Part shown: positions 1 through 12,848 of the stretch, one piece after another | Numbering within the stretch: position 1 is the first letter of the stretch | Layout of the letters: the number at the start of each line of letters is the position of its first letter | Assembly: GCF_964188315.1 (NCBI RefSeq) | Contig: NC_135668.1 | Coordinates: forward strand, 52,700,001 to 52,764,000 | From: Podarcis muralis | Taxonomy: Eukaryota | Direction: 5' to 3' | DNA: 64,000 bases | Notes under the pieces: model-generated | What the model was told of the DNA's origin: nothing | Database searches by the model: none | What the model saw: only the letters and a program-made list of their open reading frames with translations | Made by a program: the position numbers and the translations under genes

Positions 1-170
1 CAGTGGAACAGAATCCCTTGGGAGGTTGTGGACTCTCCCTCACTGGAGATTTTAAAGCAGATGTTGGATGGCCACCTGTCATGGATGCTTTAGCTGAGAA
101 TACTGCATTGTAGGGGGTTGGGCTGGATTACCCTAGGGGTCCCTTCCAACTCTATGATTCTGTGATTCTA
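1..170 (+). mobile_element. CR1 LINE 3' end (fragment)
   Basis: Typical CR1 terminus ...ggtcccttccaactctatgattctgtgattcta with ATTCTRTG tail repeats. Confidence 0.85.
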
Positions 171-172
171 AC

Positions 173-405
173 AAAGGTGCCAGGCAAGCCTCCTTGGGGA
201 AAGCATTCCACGAAGTGGGGAGTCACTGCATAAAAGGCCTCTTCTCATGTTGCCACCCTCTGGACCTCTTGTGGAGGAGGCACACAAATAAGGTCCTCAG
301 ATTACAATTGCAGGGCCTGAATTGGTTCGTATGGGGAGAGACAGTTCTTAAGGTAATGCAGTCCTGAGCTGTTTAAGGCTTTATTGGTCAAAACCAGCAC
401 TTAGC
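173..405 (-). mobile_element. L2 LINE ORF2 3' fragment
   Basis: Reverse strand encodes decayed VLVL(T)YKALN..G..YLK..LSPYEP and AFSVVAP.LWN.LP..A.LAP motifs; similar to the L2 at 51672. Confidence 0.75.
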
Positions 406-2197
406 ATTCAGACTGATAAGGCCATAGTTGGTAATTTTATTTTCTGAGCTGTCCCAAACTTTTATTCCTAGGATTATTCAAGATGTGAAATTTTATACAC
501 TTACTATGTGGAATGTAATGGAATGACTTCTGTACTGCTGTGGAATACATAGTTTTAGGCCTTAATTTGATAGCGAGATTCTCATGAGTACAGGCCTCTT
601 GCTCTGAACAGAAGGCATACTGTTGTGAAAGACACTGCAAAATTACAGATAGGTTTAGTCATTTGGTGTGTATAAAAAAACCTTACTAGAGTGGTAGATG
701 TAATATACCAATATATTACAATGCATTTTGAACTGTCTTTGAAAGGAAATAATAAATTTGCCACTTTCTTAAATGCAGCGAGAATTGTTAGCAGCAAAGA
801 AATACTTTAAGTATTAAAAGGCAACCTAGAAATATCATTTTCTTTGGCACTTACAGCAATAGCTGGTTGATTTTTTTAGGGAGATAAAACCCTTGTGCAT
901 AGCTCTAAGCATTTTTTAATGAGAAATAGTACCTTAATATTTAAAGAAAGAGAACTTGTCTGGTTTTCTTAGGTTAAAAGAGATGATAGTGTAATTTTTT
1001 ATGCCACTGGATCAAATCTATAATTTAAAATTGTATAAGGAGCTGAATGCTTATTTAAAGTGGCACTAATGTCCATTATACTTTGCTAGAATAGGAAAAT
1101 GGATGCTAGAGGAACATGTTTTTTATGGGACAAAAGGGGCTTTTAAGACATGGAATTTATGACCTGGCGGGAATAGCAAATGTGTTAATTTCAACAATTA
1201 TTCCATAGAAAATAGAAGCTGCATTTGACATATATAGGATGAAGAACTTTGAAATGATGTGCAATTTACAAATAAACTCAAACTTGCTATCCTATAAAAG
1301 TCAGACAAGTATGTGTGTGAGATGTCAGTTACTGCACTGCAGAAACAAACAGAATAAGCTTTATATTGTCAGATGCAATTTCAGTTTTAAAATAGGGTTA
1401 AAGTCATTAAAAGAGAATATATTTTTAGCATTTATTTGTGGTCATTCCCAGTCTATACTGTTTCATCAGTGAGGCATATTGGATGGTTACTTACAGAACT
1501 GGAAAAAACATATTAACAAGTTGCCATTGACTCTTGGAGTAGTCTAGTTGAGTCAATTTAGACCCAGTCCTGAGATGACTTTTAACACATAAGAAATGCA
1601 ACCTCACTCACTCTAACCATGGAAAACTGGATTTAGAGAGGTGCTTGTGTACTTGCACTGCTGACAATAGCCCAAGTACCACTGGTGCTTTTCTTCCTTG
1701 GTGCACAAGCAGCATGCTGGAGAGCAGATGGAAGGGAGAGATCATATATCCTTCCGCCCCCCACACACCTGGGGGTTCAAAGTGCTGGTAAGAGTAAAAG
1801 TGTGGATATTCTCTAAAGCAAAAACCCAGTGTGCTGGAACTGTGGGCTCCTATGGAGATAATTTACTCATCTCCTTATCATGGCATTTTCCGGACTTGAT
1901 AAAGCGGATCAGAATGACTGTTCCATTTTTTGCGACTCAGGCTACTCTAGTAATTTTAAATTGACCCTTGTACTTATCTGTAACTCAAAAGGTTACACAT
2001 CCCCTAAGCAATGATTTATATATACATAAAGAGTTCTTGGGACTGGTCAGTTGCATTCATTCCTAAGGGGATCATCTGGCCTAACACATGCAGACTAGAT
2101 TACTGCAGTGTGTTCTACACAGGGCTATATTAGAAAAATCTTTGGAAACTTCCATTAGTTCAGAATGTTGCAGCAAGGATGGCTAACCATCCTGTAA

Positions 2198-2548
2198 GGG
2201 ACGTGGGTGGCACTGTGGGTTAAACCACAAGGCCTAGGACTTGTCGATCAGAAGGTTGGCAGTTCGAATCGCCGCGATGGGGTGAGCTCCCATTGCTCGG
2301 TCCCTGCTCCTGCCAACCTAGCAGTTCGAAAGCACATCAAAGTGCAAGTAGATAAATAGGTACCGCTCCGGCGGGAAGGTAAATGGCGTTTCCGTGCGCT
2401 GCTGTGGTTCGCCAGAAGCGGCATAGTCATGCTGGCCACATGACCCAGAAGCTGTACGCCGGCTCCCTCGGCCAATAAAGCAAGATGAGCGCCGCAACCC
2501 TAGAGTCGGTCATGACTGGACCTAATAGTCAGGGGTCCCTTTACCTTT
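2198..2548 (+). mobile_element. Sauria-type tRNA-derived SINE, full length
   Basis: Starts gggacg..ggtggc with A/B-box head and ends in a (tttacc)n tail; 14-bp TSD taaccatcctgtaa at 2184-2197 and 2549-2562. Confidence 0.95.
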
Positions 2549-2590
2549 TAACCATCCTGTAACATTTGCAGCGGTTAGTATTATGTTTCT

Positions 2591-2780
2591 GAACACAGTT
2601 CAAAGTGTTGGTGATTTCCAGTAAAACCCTAAACGGCTTTGTTCCAAGTGTCTTCCCTGTATGCTAGCCTGCCTGTTCTTTTAAAGGCCATTCTGTGTTC
2701 CACCTGGAGTAAAAACATGAATGAGAGGGATAAGCATAGGGCTTTCTTAGTGGCTGCACCAGTATTGTGGAATAGCTTGA
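2591..2780 (+). mobile_element. decayed L2 ORF2 3' fragment
   Basis: aacacagttcaaagtgttggtg...aaaaccctaaacggc resembles QFKVLV..YKALNG; later gtggctgcacc..tgtggaatagc resembles VAAP.LWNS. Confidence 0.55.
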
Positions 2781-3833
2781 TATTAAGAGGGTGAACACAT
2801 ATGTTAGTTAAGGGAACAGTAATAATTTTGGAGCCTTTACTTTAAACAGATATTTGATTTGTGATAGCTTTATACAATCTGAAACGTTGTAGCTGTTAAT
2901 ACTTAGAAACCATGCGATGTTTATCATCCTGCAATGCATGCTGTGTTCAGGTTATGCTTTAATGCTGCTACCAGCCTACTCTACCAAAGGAGTTATTTGT
3001 TTTTGTTTTTTACCCTTTCCCACCTATAACATGGAGATAGGCATCTTACTCTATTTAAGTTCCATAGTGTCTGAACAATGGCGCCCTGATCTTAATCTCA
3101 CTTTGTATACAAGTAATAAAAGTGGACTCTGAAATGCACATAATATGAGTACTGGTGGCATAGATAAAGGTCAGCCCTTTTTGATAACTGTATAAAAATA
3201 TGAGATAATGTGATATGATGTGCTACATCAATAACATAGGCACCTTTTGAAGTTTCTGCATAATAGAAATAATGCAACTCTGCAGATTATACACGTGGTC
3301 TGGATTTTATTAAACAAAGAATTGGCTTGGAAGAAATGTGAACTTAACTTGATATTAAGGGGTTGCTCTTTTCCTGGACAGCATTCTGTGATTACAGTAT
3401 GTTTCTTAAAACAGTTATTATTGTTTCTGACAGCTATGTCCCCACCCCCACCCTAAGCTCTGGCCTGAGGCAAATCTGAATAACCTACAAGGCAAAGCAC
3501 ACAATTTTTGGTGTGACCAAATGGGGTGAATATTGTTAGCAGACCTCTAAGGGTATGTTAATGGGTTTTAGAAAGACAGCCAGCACAGCATTGTTATGTT
3601 CATAATGGTTTGAGCAAAACTGAACAATTCTCTTTAAATTACTCAAATATAACAGATTGTTCTTCATGGTTCTAGTTCAGAATATTGTGGCTTTGACAAC
3701 AAACCATTTTAATACTCTGCATAAGTGCTGCCAACCCATCTGTTAACCGAAGAGACATACAGTATTTGGTGTTTATCCTAGTGTGCATGAACAACTCCTC
3801 TCTTAAATTCTGTGGCAAAAGTTTCCAACAGGA

Positions 3834-3955
3834 CAGGGGTAGTCATCATGGTGCCAAGAGGTGTTGTTGGACCACAAGTTCCATCTGCTCCAACCAAGAT
3901 AGATAATGCTCAGAGATAATGGGAATTGTAGTCCAACAGCATCTGGAAGGCCTTA
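3834..3955. mobile_element. old hAT-type MITE with internal palindrome
   Basis: caggggt start; inverted pair tgttgttggaccacaagttccatc / gggaattgtagtccaacagca. Confidence 0.55.
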
Positions 3956-4337
3956 CAGCAGCTACTATAGAATGTGCCTAGAGGTAAACCATTCTAGAGT
4001 GTTCCATGCATCTGATGATACTTGCTGCTAAAAAGGTGCCACAGATTCCCCATCCAATAAGGCATGGGGGAAAGGGAAGATTTTGGAATATATGTCCTTA
4101 TCTGCTGGTTTTAATAGTTAACATATATGGAGGTGGTTCCAGCTCTCTATTCTATTATTCTCCATTCTGTGAAGTGATTGTCTAATTAACTCAATTCATC
4201 CGTTTGTGATTCTGATGTTCTACTGTGCTTTAACAGTGGTTGTCCATGCACTAATATATATTGGCAGGATCTTTTCCCTATCTATTTATGTTCTGGCAAT
4301 ACAGGTAGTCAGGTTCAAGATAGAATTAGTTCCATCT

Positions 4338-4519
4338 AGAGGCAGAGCTAGCTGCTCTGGCACCTGGAGCGGCACACATGCTGTGCACCTGCGGGGGCAG
4401 GCCTAGCTGCCTAGAGGGGAGGGGCTATCCACCCACAGCGAGCATCCCAGGGGGGTGGCACGATGATGTCACCCCCTCAGGGATGACACCCGGGGTGAAC
4501 CACACCCTTCCTCTGCCAG
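4338..4519. mobile_element. GC-rich non-autonomous DNA transposon (hAT-like MITE)
   Basis: GC-rich insert flanked by the 11-bp direct repeat tagttccatct (4327-4337, 4520-4530). Confidence 0.55.
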
Positions 4520-4835
4520 TAGTTCCATCTCTCTTTTTCACACTTTATTTACATAATACAGTGTGACATCACATTTAATAATAGTTTTTGCTTTTCAATT
4601 GTGATGCAGGCATATTTTTTTTTCTAAAATGCTGGTCAATAAAAAAGTTAACAAGCTCTCCTACACATGCCTCCTCAGATACTGAGTATGCCATACATAC
4701 ACAAAGTGACTCTCTGAGTACTACAGTAAGCTGTTATATTGTGGTTTATAACATATATACAAATATACATTTATACATATATATATATATAATATTTACA
4801 CATTTATACAACCTGAGCCTATGATGGAGTGGTTG

Positions 4836-5090
4836 TGTGGCAAATCCCCTCCCCCCATGTGAAATGAAGACACCGGACACATTATTTAAGGTTAATGGGC
4901 ATAAAAGGCCACAACTTTATTGATTACAGGAATTGAAAGGTATTGGCCTTAGGCACTGGCTCCTATCGACTACCCGGCATGGAGACCGGGAAGGGTTATC
5001 CACAAGCCGTGGGAGTCCTGTTGAAGTACGCCATCTAGGATCCCACGGGTGTCACGGGTGGCCCGCAACCCCCTCTCCTCTCAAGTTCGG
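4836..5090 (-). mobile_element. probable LTR fragment
   Basis: On the minus strand AATAAA(gttgtggcc) lies about 80 nt before a ...gccaCA terminus; CpG-rich relative to flanks; left boundary uncertain. Confidence 0.45.
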
Positions 5091-7093
5091 AAATGGCTTT
5101 CATTGCATCAGCACTCTAAGAGGTTAGGATTCAAGCAGAGATCCAATATCATGCTTTGCCTGCTACCTCACTCACTGTAGATAATCAGGTGTGAGATAAG
5201 CAATCACAGGCTAACTTTCCACACAACTGTGTTTTGACATTTAATTTGGTTGTATTACTGTGGTGGCTTTCCTACATGTTTATGACCCCTTTTAGATGCT
5301 GGGACTACAACTCCAGAAACCTCAATGGAAGGAGGAGGAAAGGAGAGTTTATGCAAGTGAGAACCAGCATGGAATTATGGAGAGTGGAGTGGCAAACTCC
5401 CACTGCTCCTCTGCAGGCAATTGTTGCTCGCCACAGATGAAAGGAAGATTACTAGGGTGCTTTATAACTTTATTTATCAGAATTGTTAACCTTTCAAATA
5501 TTATTGTAGTCACATTGCATGCAGTTCAAAGCATCCTTGGTGTAAAGTATGTCAGTCAAAACTAGCATTGTTTCCAATATTTTGAAATGTGACACGGGTT
5601 CTGGTTCTCAAATTACAACTTGGTGGGGGTTTTTCTATTCAAAATATATTCTTTTACTGTGCTAGGAAAACTTTTTCATATATTTAAATCATTCTACCAG
5701 ACCTCTGTGAGCTAAAGTTGAAAGTGGGAGTCTTGTGAAAATTTATTCTTACATTATTATTGTGAAACTTTAATTTGTTTTTCCTCTCTTCTAATTGCAG
5801 TTGTGAAGTTTCAGGTTTCTCACTTTTATAGTATATACTGTAACTAACCTCTATAGTAACTGTGATATGTATCTGTCTTCTAGATTTCATTTCCCTAGCT
5901 TGTCCGTAGAAAGGCTACAAAATGTAGGTATTTATTCTTCTTTTATAAGACAGCAGTAGTTATTTATATATGAAGCTGTTAAAGGGAATAATGAGTTGTG
6001 AATTTTGGTGGCATTTTGCATACAGTGAAAAGTCTGGCCTGGAGCTGTTGTATGCAAACATAGCACAATGCTATCCTCTTAAATTTAGCTGTTCTCTTTC
6101 TTTATCCCCCAGAATACCAGCTGCTTTCAGATAAGTACAGTTTGCTCTTCATAACATGCTATGTATCAGGTTTGCAGAACAATAATGGATTTTCATTAGG
6201 TACTGAGAATGTCTCTGCCCATTGCCAGATATGCTGCCATCGTGGAGCTCTTTTGGACACCAAATTCTGTAATGTTTATTGCATTCCATGGCTTTACTTT
6301 GCAGATGTCTAGTTTCAGTTGCCACAGTGGATATTTCAAAGTATTAATACCACAATATGTTGCTGCCTAGTTTGCCTTGAATAATTGCCAATCAGGTGTT
6401 TACCTACTTTGAACTGTAAAATATTGCAGTTCCTCTCGTTTCTTTTTCCATTGCCCTCCCGATAGAAGGTTCTCTTTTATGCACTGAACTTGGTTGTAGG
6501 CATATTAAGTTGCCTAGACAATTAGTTTTCACTGCTACAACACCACAGTTTTAACTTATTTGTTGTTTATGATCTAGAATTCTTGGCTTGAAGTTGTGCT
6601 TCTGTTGCAATAATAACACATTATTTTTGTATCTGAGAAGAATGAGTGAATTATTTCCCTAGATAGCATTTCCATTGCTGATGCACATCCTGAATAAAAG
6701 ACTTATGCAGAGCAGGATCCAGTTTCGCCTCCATCCTCTAGCTGGAAAACATCGTGAAACTTATTTATGTACTGAATTTATAGGTCTCCATTTAACAAAA
6801 AGTTATACAGGTGATTTACAACATAAAATAAAAAGGCTATTATTTTTATAGCAATAACAATAAAATATGATCTATTCTAAATAGTCTATAGCCTAAATGT
6901 AGACAGAAAACTGGCTAGTTAGGGCCTCCAACTACACAATCAAGGGGGAATTGTCATTGGAGTGCTTGTTTTTCTCCCTCTCTTTTGGTTTGAGGTTATG
7001 AGAAAGCTCACCCACCATCTGAACTTCCTTGCAGTGTAGAATTAACTGGTCACTTCAGAGGAGGGTGAGGAGAATTTTAACTAGTTACCTGGC

Positions 7094-7253
7094 CATGAGT
7101 GCAGCCGGGGGGAGGACAGTGCCCCCTCTAGATCCAGAATCATTATTGAAAAGTATTGAAAGTACTCAATTATTTGAGGTTCTGTCCCCCCTGCAGAAGC
7201 ATGCCCCCCGTAACAACTGTGGCTGCACCCCTAACAAAAATCCGATGCCCATG
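7094..7253. mobile_element. decayed MITE
   Basis: Imperfect terminal inverted repeats catgagtgcagcc / ccgatgcccatg; internal gcagccgggggg / cccccc..ggctgc symmetry. Confidence 0.4.
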
Positions 7254-10200
7254 CACCTGGGAGGATAGAGAGGATTTGCTTTTCTCCTTTTCCTAATTGG
7301 ACTGCTTTATTTACTTATCTGTAATGTTGCTAAGGCTGATTTGTGCTGTTTGGGCTAGGTAGGTGATTAATTAGATCACAAACAATGGTGCAGGCTCAGT
7401 GAGGAGTGATGGTAAAAACCACTGGGCACCTTAAAGCATCATAGCAGTGAAGACACACTCACCCCAAAGTAAACTCTTACAGTTTGGGGAGAGGGTAGAA
7501 ATCTGGAAAGAGAACTACTGGTCATGAGTTTCATGGAGGGGGTGGTTGGACATATGTATAATTCTAATCTGGAAATGAAAGCCTTTGGCAAATCCAGGGT
7601 CATGGGTTCTAGTCTCCCATCAGATGGAGGGTGCCAGGATGCCTGCCCTTGTGCCCTGACAGCCTAGTTACCTGCATAGCTCACTGGCTGAAAACTCCAC
7701 CCCTCAGGTGAGTTGGCAGTGAGGAGAAGGACAAGTTCTTTCACTGATCTGATGCTTTGAGAGCAGATGCAGTTGCCGAAACTAGGCTGACAATAAGGCT
7801 CTGCCTTTCTTACTTTGTATCTTAGAATCTGTCAAACAATATGCACTGGCTGTTGAAGGAAGAATATCAGTTCCAGATTTTTCGAGTTAGTTCATAAGCA
7901 GTACAACTTTAGTTCGAGTCTTGTATCTTCATTTCAGGGGGTGAGGGCAAAGATGAAAATATATGGTTAGGTACTTGTATTCACTGATTCATTGGGTTAA
8001 GCCCTTTCCCTCAACCTGGATGGGTATGCTTATGTATTTGTAAACTATTTTTATAAGAAGTATTGTGTCATAAATGTATAATGAATAACTTAGAAATAAT
8101 TTGATTACAAATATATGTTTATCATCCACATGTAAATAGCCTGATGTTCTTTTCAAACTCTGTTGTGAGGATGCTCCCACTTTACTTCAATAGATAGGAT
8201 AATTTGACATTAATTTTACTTCTCTTTAGTAGAGATCATATTCAATGATCCAAATCCAATATTTGAAATGGCATTATTGGGACAGAAATAGTTAACTTTC
8301 TGAAAAACATATGGATGTGTATCTTTTCAAGTGTGGGAATTAAATAAAAGTATATATTCCCAGCCTGCCCACCCCTAGCAGTGCAATCCCATGAAGACTG
8401 TGATAAGGAAAGAGTCTGTGGCAATAGCAGAGAAATTGCCCCTTCCAAAATGCTAAAGGGCTGGCAAGTGTGTGTGGGTGTGTGTATTTTTTCATGTTTT
8501 TTCTTTTCCCTTGCTTTCTTTTCTAACTTCCAGTTGTCAGTTGTTTTAGCTGAATAGTGTGCTTGTGTGATGCTTACTTCAGAATCATTGTAACTTGAAA
8601 CAAATAGGTTTTGCTGCTTTGGTAAATGATGACACACTCCAACCTTTATTTCCCCATCTGTCAGCTTAGTGCTGGGCAAGATTAGACCATCCAACTGTCA
8701 GTTACATTTGAATACTGAGTTTGTTGTTATCTACAGATATATAATATATAGATCTGCTTTCTATCATCTATTAGCGTTAAGGAAAGTTTATTAGATACTT
8801 ACACGTGAAGTTAATAGGTAGGCCCTTTAGTAGAGGAATAAAATAACTCCCTTTGATTCATTTCATTATTATAAAGCCAAAATGTACATTATTTTTGGCA
8901 AAAAAAAAAAAAAAGCACACGTGAGAATAGAACAAATTACAGTAGTCCAGATTTTTTTGGCATGACATTTTAAAAGGAAATGTTAATCTGTAAATTAAGT
9001 CTGTAGCATCCTTACTAGACATGTATGTGTGTGTGTAGAAAGATGTTTCTTGTCACTTGGGGTCAGGTTAGGGCATGATGCTTGGCATGTCTTGTCATGT
9101 GGTTGTTTGAAAGGATGGCCTTCAGGACACAGTGCAGGTTGGGAAATGCTGCTCCAAAGGCAACAGCTTGTATTTGCCCCCCCCCCCCCAATGCTTTTCA
9201 CTTGACCAAACTAACACTGAGAGAAGTAGCAGGGAATCTGGCTGCAATAGCTTGGAGCAAGGAAAACAAAAATGCCCAGTAAGATGCTGAAAATGACATT
9301 TGTATCATCCCAAAGTGGGCACTGTGTGTGCTTTTAACAAAGCCTTTCAAGCAAAGATGTCTGTTTTTATAGCATTAACTTTGACAACATACTCCTCTCT
9401 CTCTCTATTTTTCATAGTTTGTTTATCCCCATTTTGTTCCTTTGTTCAAGAATTGCTACTAAGATGCAGCAAGTGATAGTTTTGAACCTTACAGCTACTG
9501 TCATGGATAATTATATTGTTACCACTTGAAAGATAACTGATGCAGAGTTATTGGGGACAAATGTTAGATCCTCTGAGCTACTACTTGAGGTGGTGGCAAC
9601 ACATAGGTTCTGCTATAAGCATTCTGCTGCCATCGTAAGGAGAAGTTTCAGTTACAGGATGACTCTGGCCCCAACCTCTCTCCTAGTCCTTGCCTAGCAC
9701 TGCTGCCTTTTGCACTAGTTTTTGTATATTTTTGGCTTAGCAGAAGGGAATCTGCAATTGGGTTCCTTTGCACCCTCTTCCAGAGCATCCTACATACAGA
9801 TGTCAGTAAAAATAAACACAAACTGATAGTGTGGGAGACCATAGAACTTACCTGCAGGGCCAACTATAATACCTTCAGGCAATTGCTGGGGACCATGAAT
9901 TCTAGCACACTGCCATTGATGCTGCCCACCTGTCTCCCCTGGTGCATACATATTTGGTGAGAGTAGCTGAATTTGGGGAAGCTCCCCGGCCTTTTAAATT
10001 TCCCTAAATGTTCCGTTTAGGCATTGTGGAAAATTGTAAAAAGAGGGTCCCTGCCCACCACCCACTACTGCTGTTAAGCCTGTCAGGAGGGAATAATGTG
10101 CTGAGACTCACAAGATAGCATTTGGCTAGGTGGTCTCTCAGACTTGGAGTTGGCCCAATTAGCCTCAAGTTAAGCAGAATAGAACTTGGTAGTATTTTTC

Positions 10201-10611
10201 TACTTTCTGGGCACTGGATTGTGTATCGGTTTCAGTGGGCAAAAAATAATTGCTTGCATTAAAACAACTTAAATCAATCGATAGAATTCAGAAACCTGAG
10301 ATACCAAATAAGTAAAGAGTAGGTGATTCAAACCTGTCTTGAAACTGATTTCTGTGCTGAAATTCATTTGTTACTATTTTTGTCACTGCTGTTGTTTTTA
10401 TGTCATGCCCGCTTTGTAAAAAAGAAAAACTTGCGCCTTGGCTTCACTTTCAAAATATTATTGCTGCCATTTTATGCTTACAGGTACATATAAGGAATGA
10501 TATTCCAAATTATTATAGCCTGGATTATATCTGTTTTCAATTCAGTTTCTGATATTGTGATTATTGTATAGAGTGTTTGATACAGCATTGAATTGTAAAG
10601 ATCTGTGTTCA

Positions 10612-10667
10612 TGTTGTACTAAACTGCCCTGAGACCTGTGGGTTTAGGGTGGTATGTACATTTAATA

Positions 10668-10709
<42 letters not shown>

Positions 10710-10728
10710 TAATAATAATAATAATAAT
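10612..10728 (+). repeat. L2-type 3' tail ending in (AAT)n microsatellite
   Basis: gtactaaactgccctgagacc...agggtggtat followed by about 20 AAT units (10668-10728). Confidence 0.8.
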
Positions 10729-11188
10729 GTCAAAATTTGGAATTTACTAAATACAGTAGTTATAACTTGCCCTGGGGTCTTTGAGTGGAGGGCAGGTAAT
10801 AAATATTGCCACCATCACCACATCTATCACCAGAAATAGTGTACAAATGCATATACTTCTCTAAGCAGAGAGCTAGTTCTTAATTCCCTCACCCCACCAA
10901 AAATGACAGAACCCTCCCAACTCTCACCTAGGAGCTTCCTCCACTTCTCTCCCTTCCATCACTTGTCTCACTTTCATTGAGGTGCAGTCCTTGCCCCCTA
11001 ATCCTCTGTGGTACCTACTCCTTAAGGCGACTCTCACTGGTGATGGCCCATCACAGGACAATCAGTTGCTTGTAGAATGTCTGCCTTCTCTCTCCCCATG
11101 CCAGAGACCACCCTCATGATGGATAGAGTCCAGTTTACCCATCTCTAGATAGCAGCAGCTAATTAACACTGTCCCATGCACCAAACTA

Positions 11189-11419
11189 CAGTGGTACCTT
11201 GGGTTACAGATGCTTCAGGTTACAGACGCTTCAGGTTACAGACTCCGCTAACCCAGAAATAGTACCTTGGGTTAAGAACTTTGCTTCAGGATGAGAACAG
11301 AAATTGTGCAGGAGCAGCGGGAGGCCCCATTAGCTAAAGTGGTACCTCAGGTTAATAACAGTTTCAGGTTAAGAACGGACCTCCAGAATGAATTAAGTTC
11401 TTAACCCGAGGTACCACTG
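11189..11419. mobile_element. Tc1/mariner (Tigger-like) MITE
   Basis: TIRs cagtggtacc.tgggtta / ttaacccgaggtaccactg with TA target duplication on both sides. Confidence 0.9.
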
Positions 11420-11571
11420 TATGGAAGAATACCCCCCCCCCCGGTCATGTTAACAATAAATTTACTGTAATGCCAACTTAATTCTTACTTGACAATATTT
11501 TTATAACAAATGCTGTGTTCTTTGAAGACATGCCTGCTTTTAATTTTAGTTGTAATATTACTTATTACATT

Positions 11572-11923
11572 GGGTGGAATCCAATGGTGACTTTATGCTG
11601 AGGAAAAGGACCGTCCACAGATGACAGCAGAACAGGGAAGAAGGCAATTTTTGGCAATTTCTCCCCATTTACAAAACATCACACCCACCCACACCCACAC
11701 CCACCCAGTCTGCTCTGGAGGGTATCCCAACCCTCTAGAGTTGATTTAGAGGGGGTATAAGTGCCTGGCGTGCTCTGGTCCATGGGGTCACAAAGAGTCG
11801 GACAGGACTAAAAGACTAAACAACAACATGGGGTGTTGCCAAGGTGAGGAGGGATTGCCTGGATTGCTTCCCCCCAGTTCTGCTGACCTTCCATTTGTGT
11901 ACAGCTACCTTTGGATACCACCC
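11572..11923. mobile_element. old MITE (possibly PIF/Harbinger-like) interrupted by a BovB tail
   Basis: TIRs gggtggaatccaatgg / cctttggataccaccc. Confidence 0.5.
11763..11827 (+). mobile_element. RTE-BovB LINE 3' tail (extremely 5'-truncated)
   Basis: gcctggcgtgctctggtccatggggtcacaaagagtcggaca.gactaaa.gactaaacaacaac matches the BovB 3' terminus. Confidence 0.85.
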
Positions 11924-12453
11924 ACTGTATTAATCCAGGTGTTCGAAAATCCAATTTGCATGCCATTGTTACATTACTAAATTATGGCTTGCTTAACATC
12001 CAGTGAACTCTTATTGTAGTATTAATATTTTAATGTAATAGAAATTCTTAGTATATTTTATAAGGGAGTTCTAAAAGCAAGCTTTTGGCTGTAGCATCTA
12101 AGCTCATAATTTTTGTATGGATAATTTAGGTGTAGAGCAAGGCCCACTAATAAGTATTGTTGAAGTTATTAGGATTAATCCCATTCCTTAATATATCAAT
12201 GTGTAAATTGCTTTGCTTTTATTACTGTTGCTCTTACATTTCTTTTACTGACATAAATTCACACCTGAAATAGAGTTACGCCAGTAATTGAGTGACCAAT
12301 TGTGGTGAGGACTGTGGCGTTGAGTGCATCATGTGTCCTCCTTAAATACCCATTGAACAGATCTGAATGGGTGAAATCTTCATCCAGTCCACTCTAGAGC
12401 CCCTGCTTCAGCGTCCAGATTGCCTGCTGACTGTCTCCTAGGTCTCATGAGCT

Positions 12454-12848
12454 TAGAATCATAGAATTGTAGAGTTGGAAGGGACCCTGAGGGTCATCTA
12501 CTCCAACTCCTTGCAATGCAGGAATCTCAACAAACATCCTGGACAGAAGGCCAGGCCATCCAACGTTTGCTTAAAAACCTATGAAGAAGAGTCCACAACA
12601 TCCTAAGGGAGTCTACAACCTCCTATTCCACTGTCCACAACCTTCTATTCCACTGTCGAACAGCTCTTACCATCAGAAAGATCTTCCTGATATTTAGTCA
12701 GACTCTCCTTTATTGTAACTTGAAGCAGGAGAAAAAAAGCTTGCTCCATCTTCCATGTGACAGCCTTTGAGATATTTGAAGATGGCCATCATAGGCTAAA
12801 CATACTCAGCTCTCTCAACTGGTCCTCATAAGACTTGGTTTCCAGACA
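12454..12848 (-). mobile_element. CR1 LINE 3' fragment
   Basis: tagaatcatagaattgtagagttggaagggacc tail signature; contains a local ~22-bp duplication acaacc.tctattccactgtc. Confidence 0.85.

Noticed and set aside
2198-2290. tRNA-like A/B boxes here and at 16553, 30997, 39888 and 20477
   Set aside because: These are SINE heads continuing into SINE bodies, not tRNA genes.
9378-9396. 19-bp exact match (actttgacaacatactcct) to 41625-41643
   Set aside because: There is no flanking similarity, and a single 19-mer in AT-rich DNA may be chance or a tiny repeat relic.
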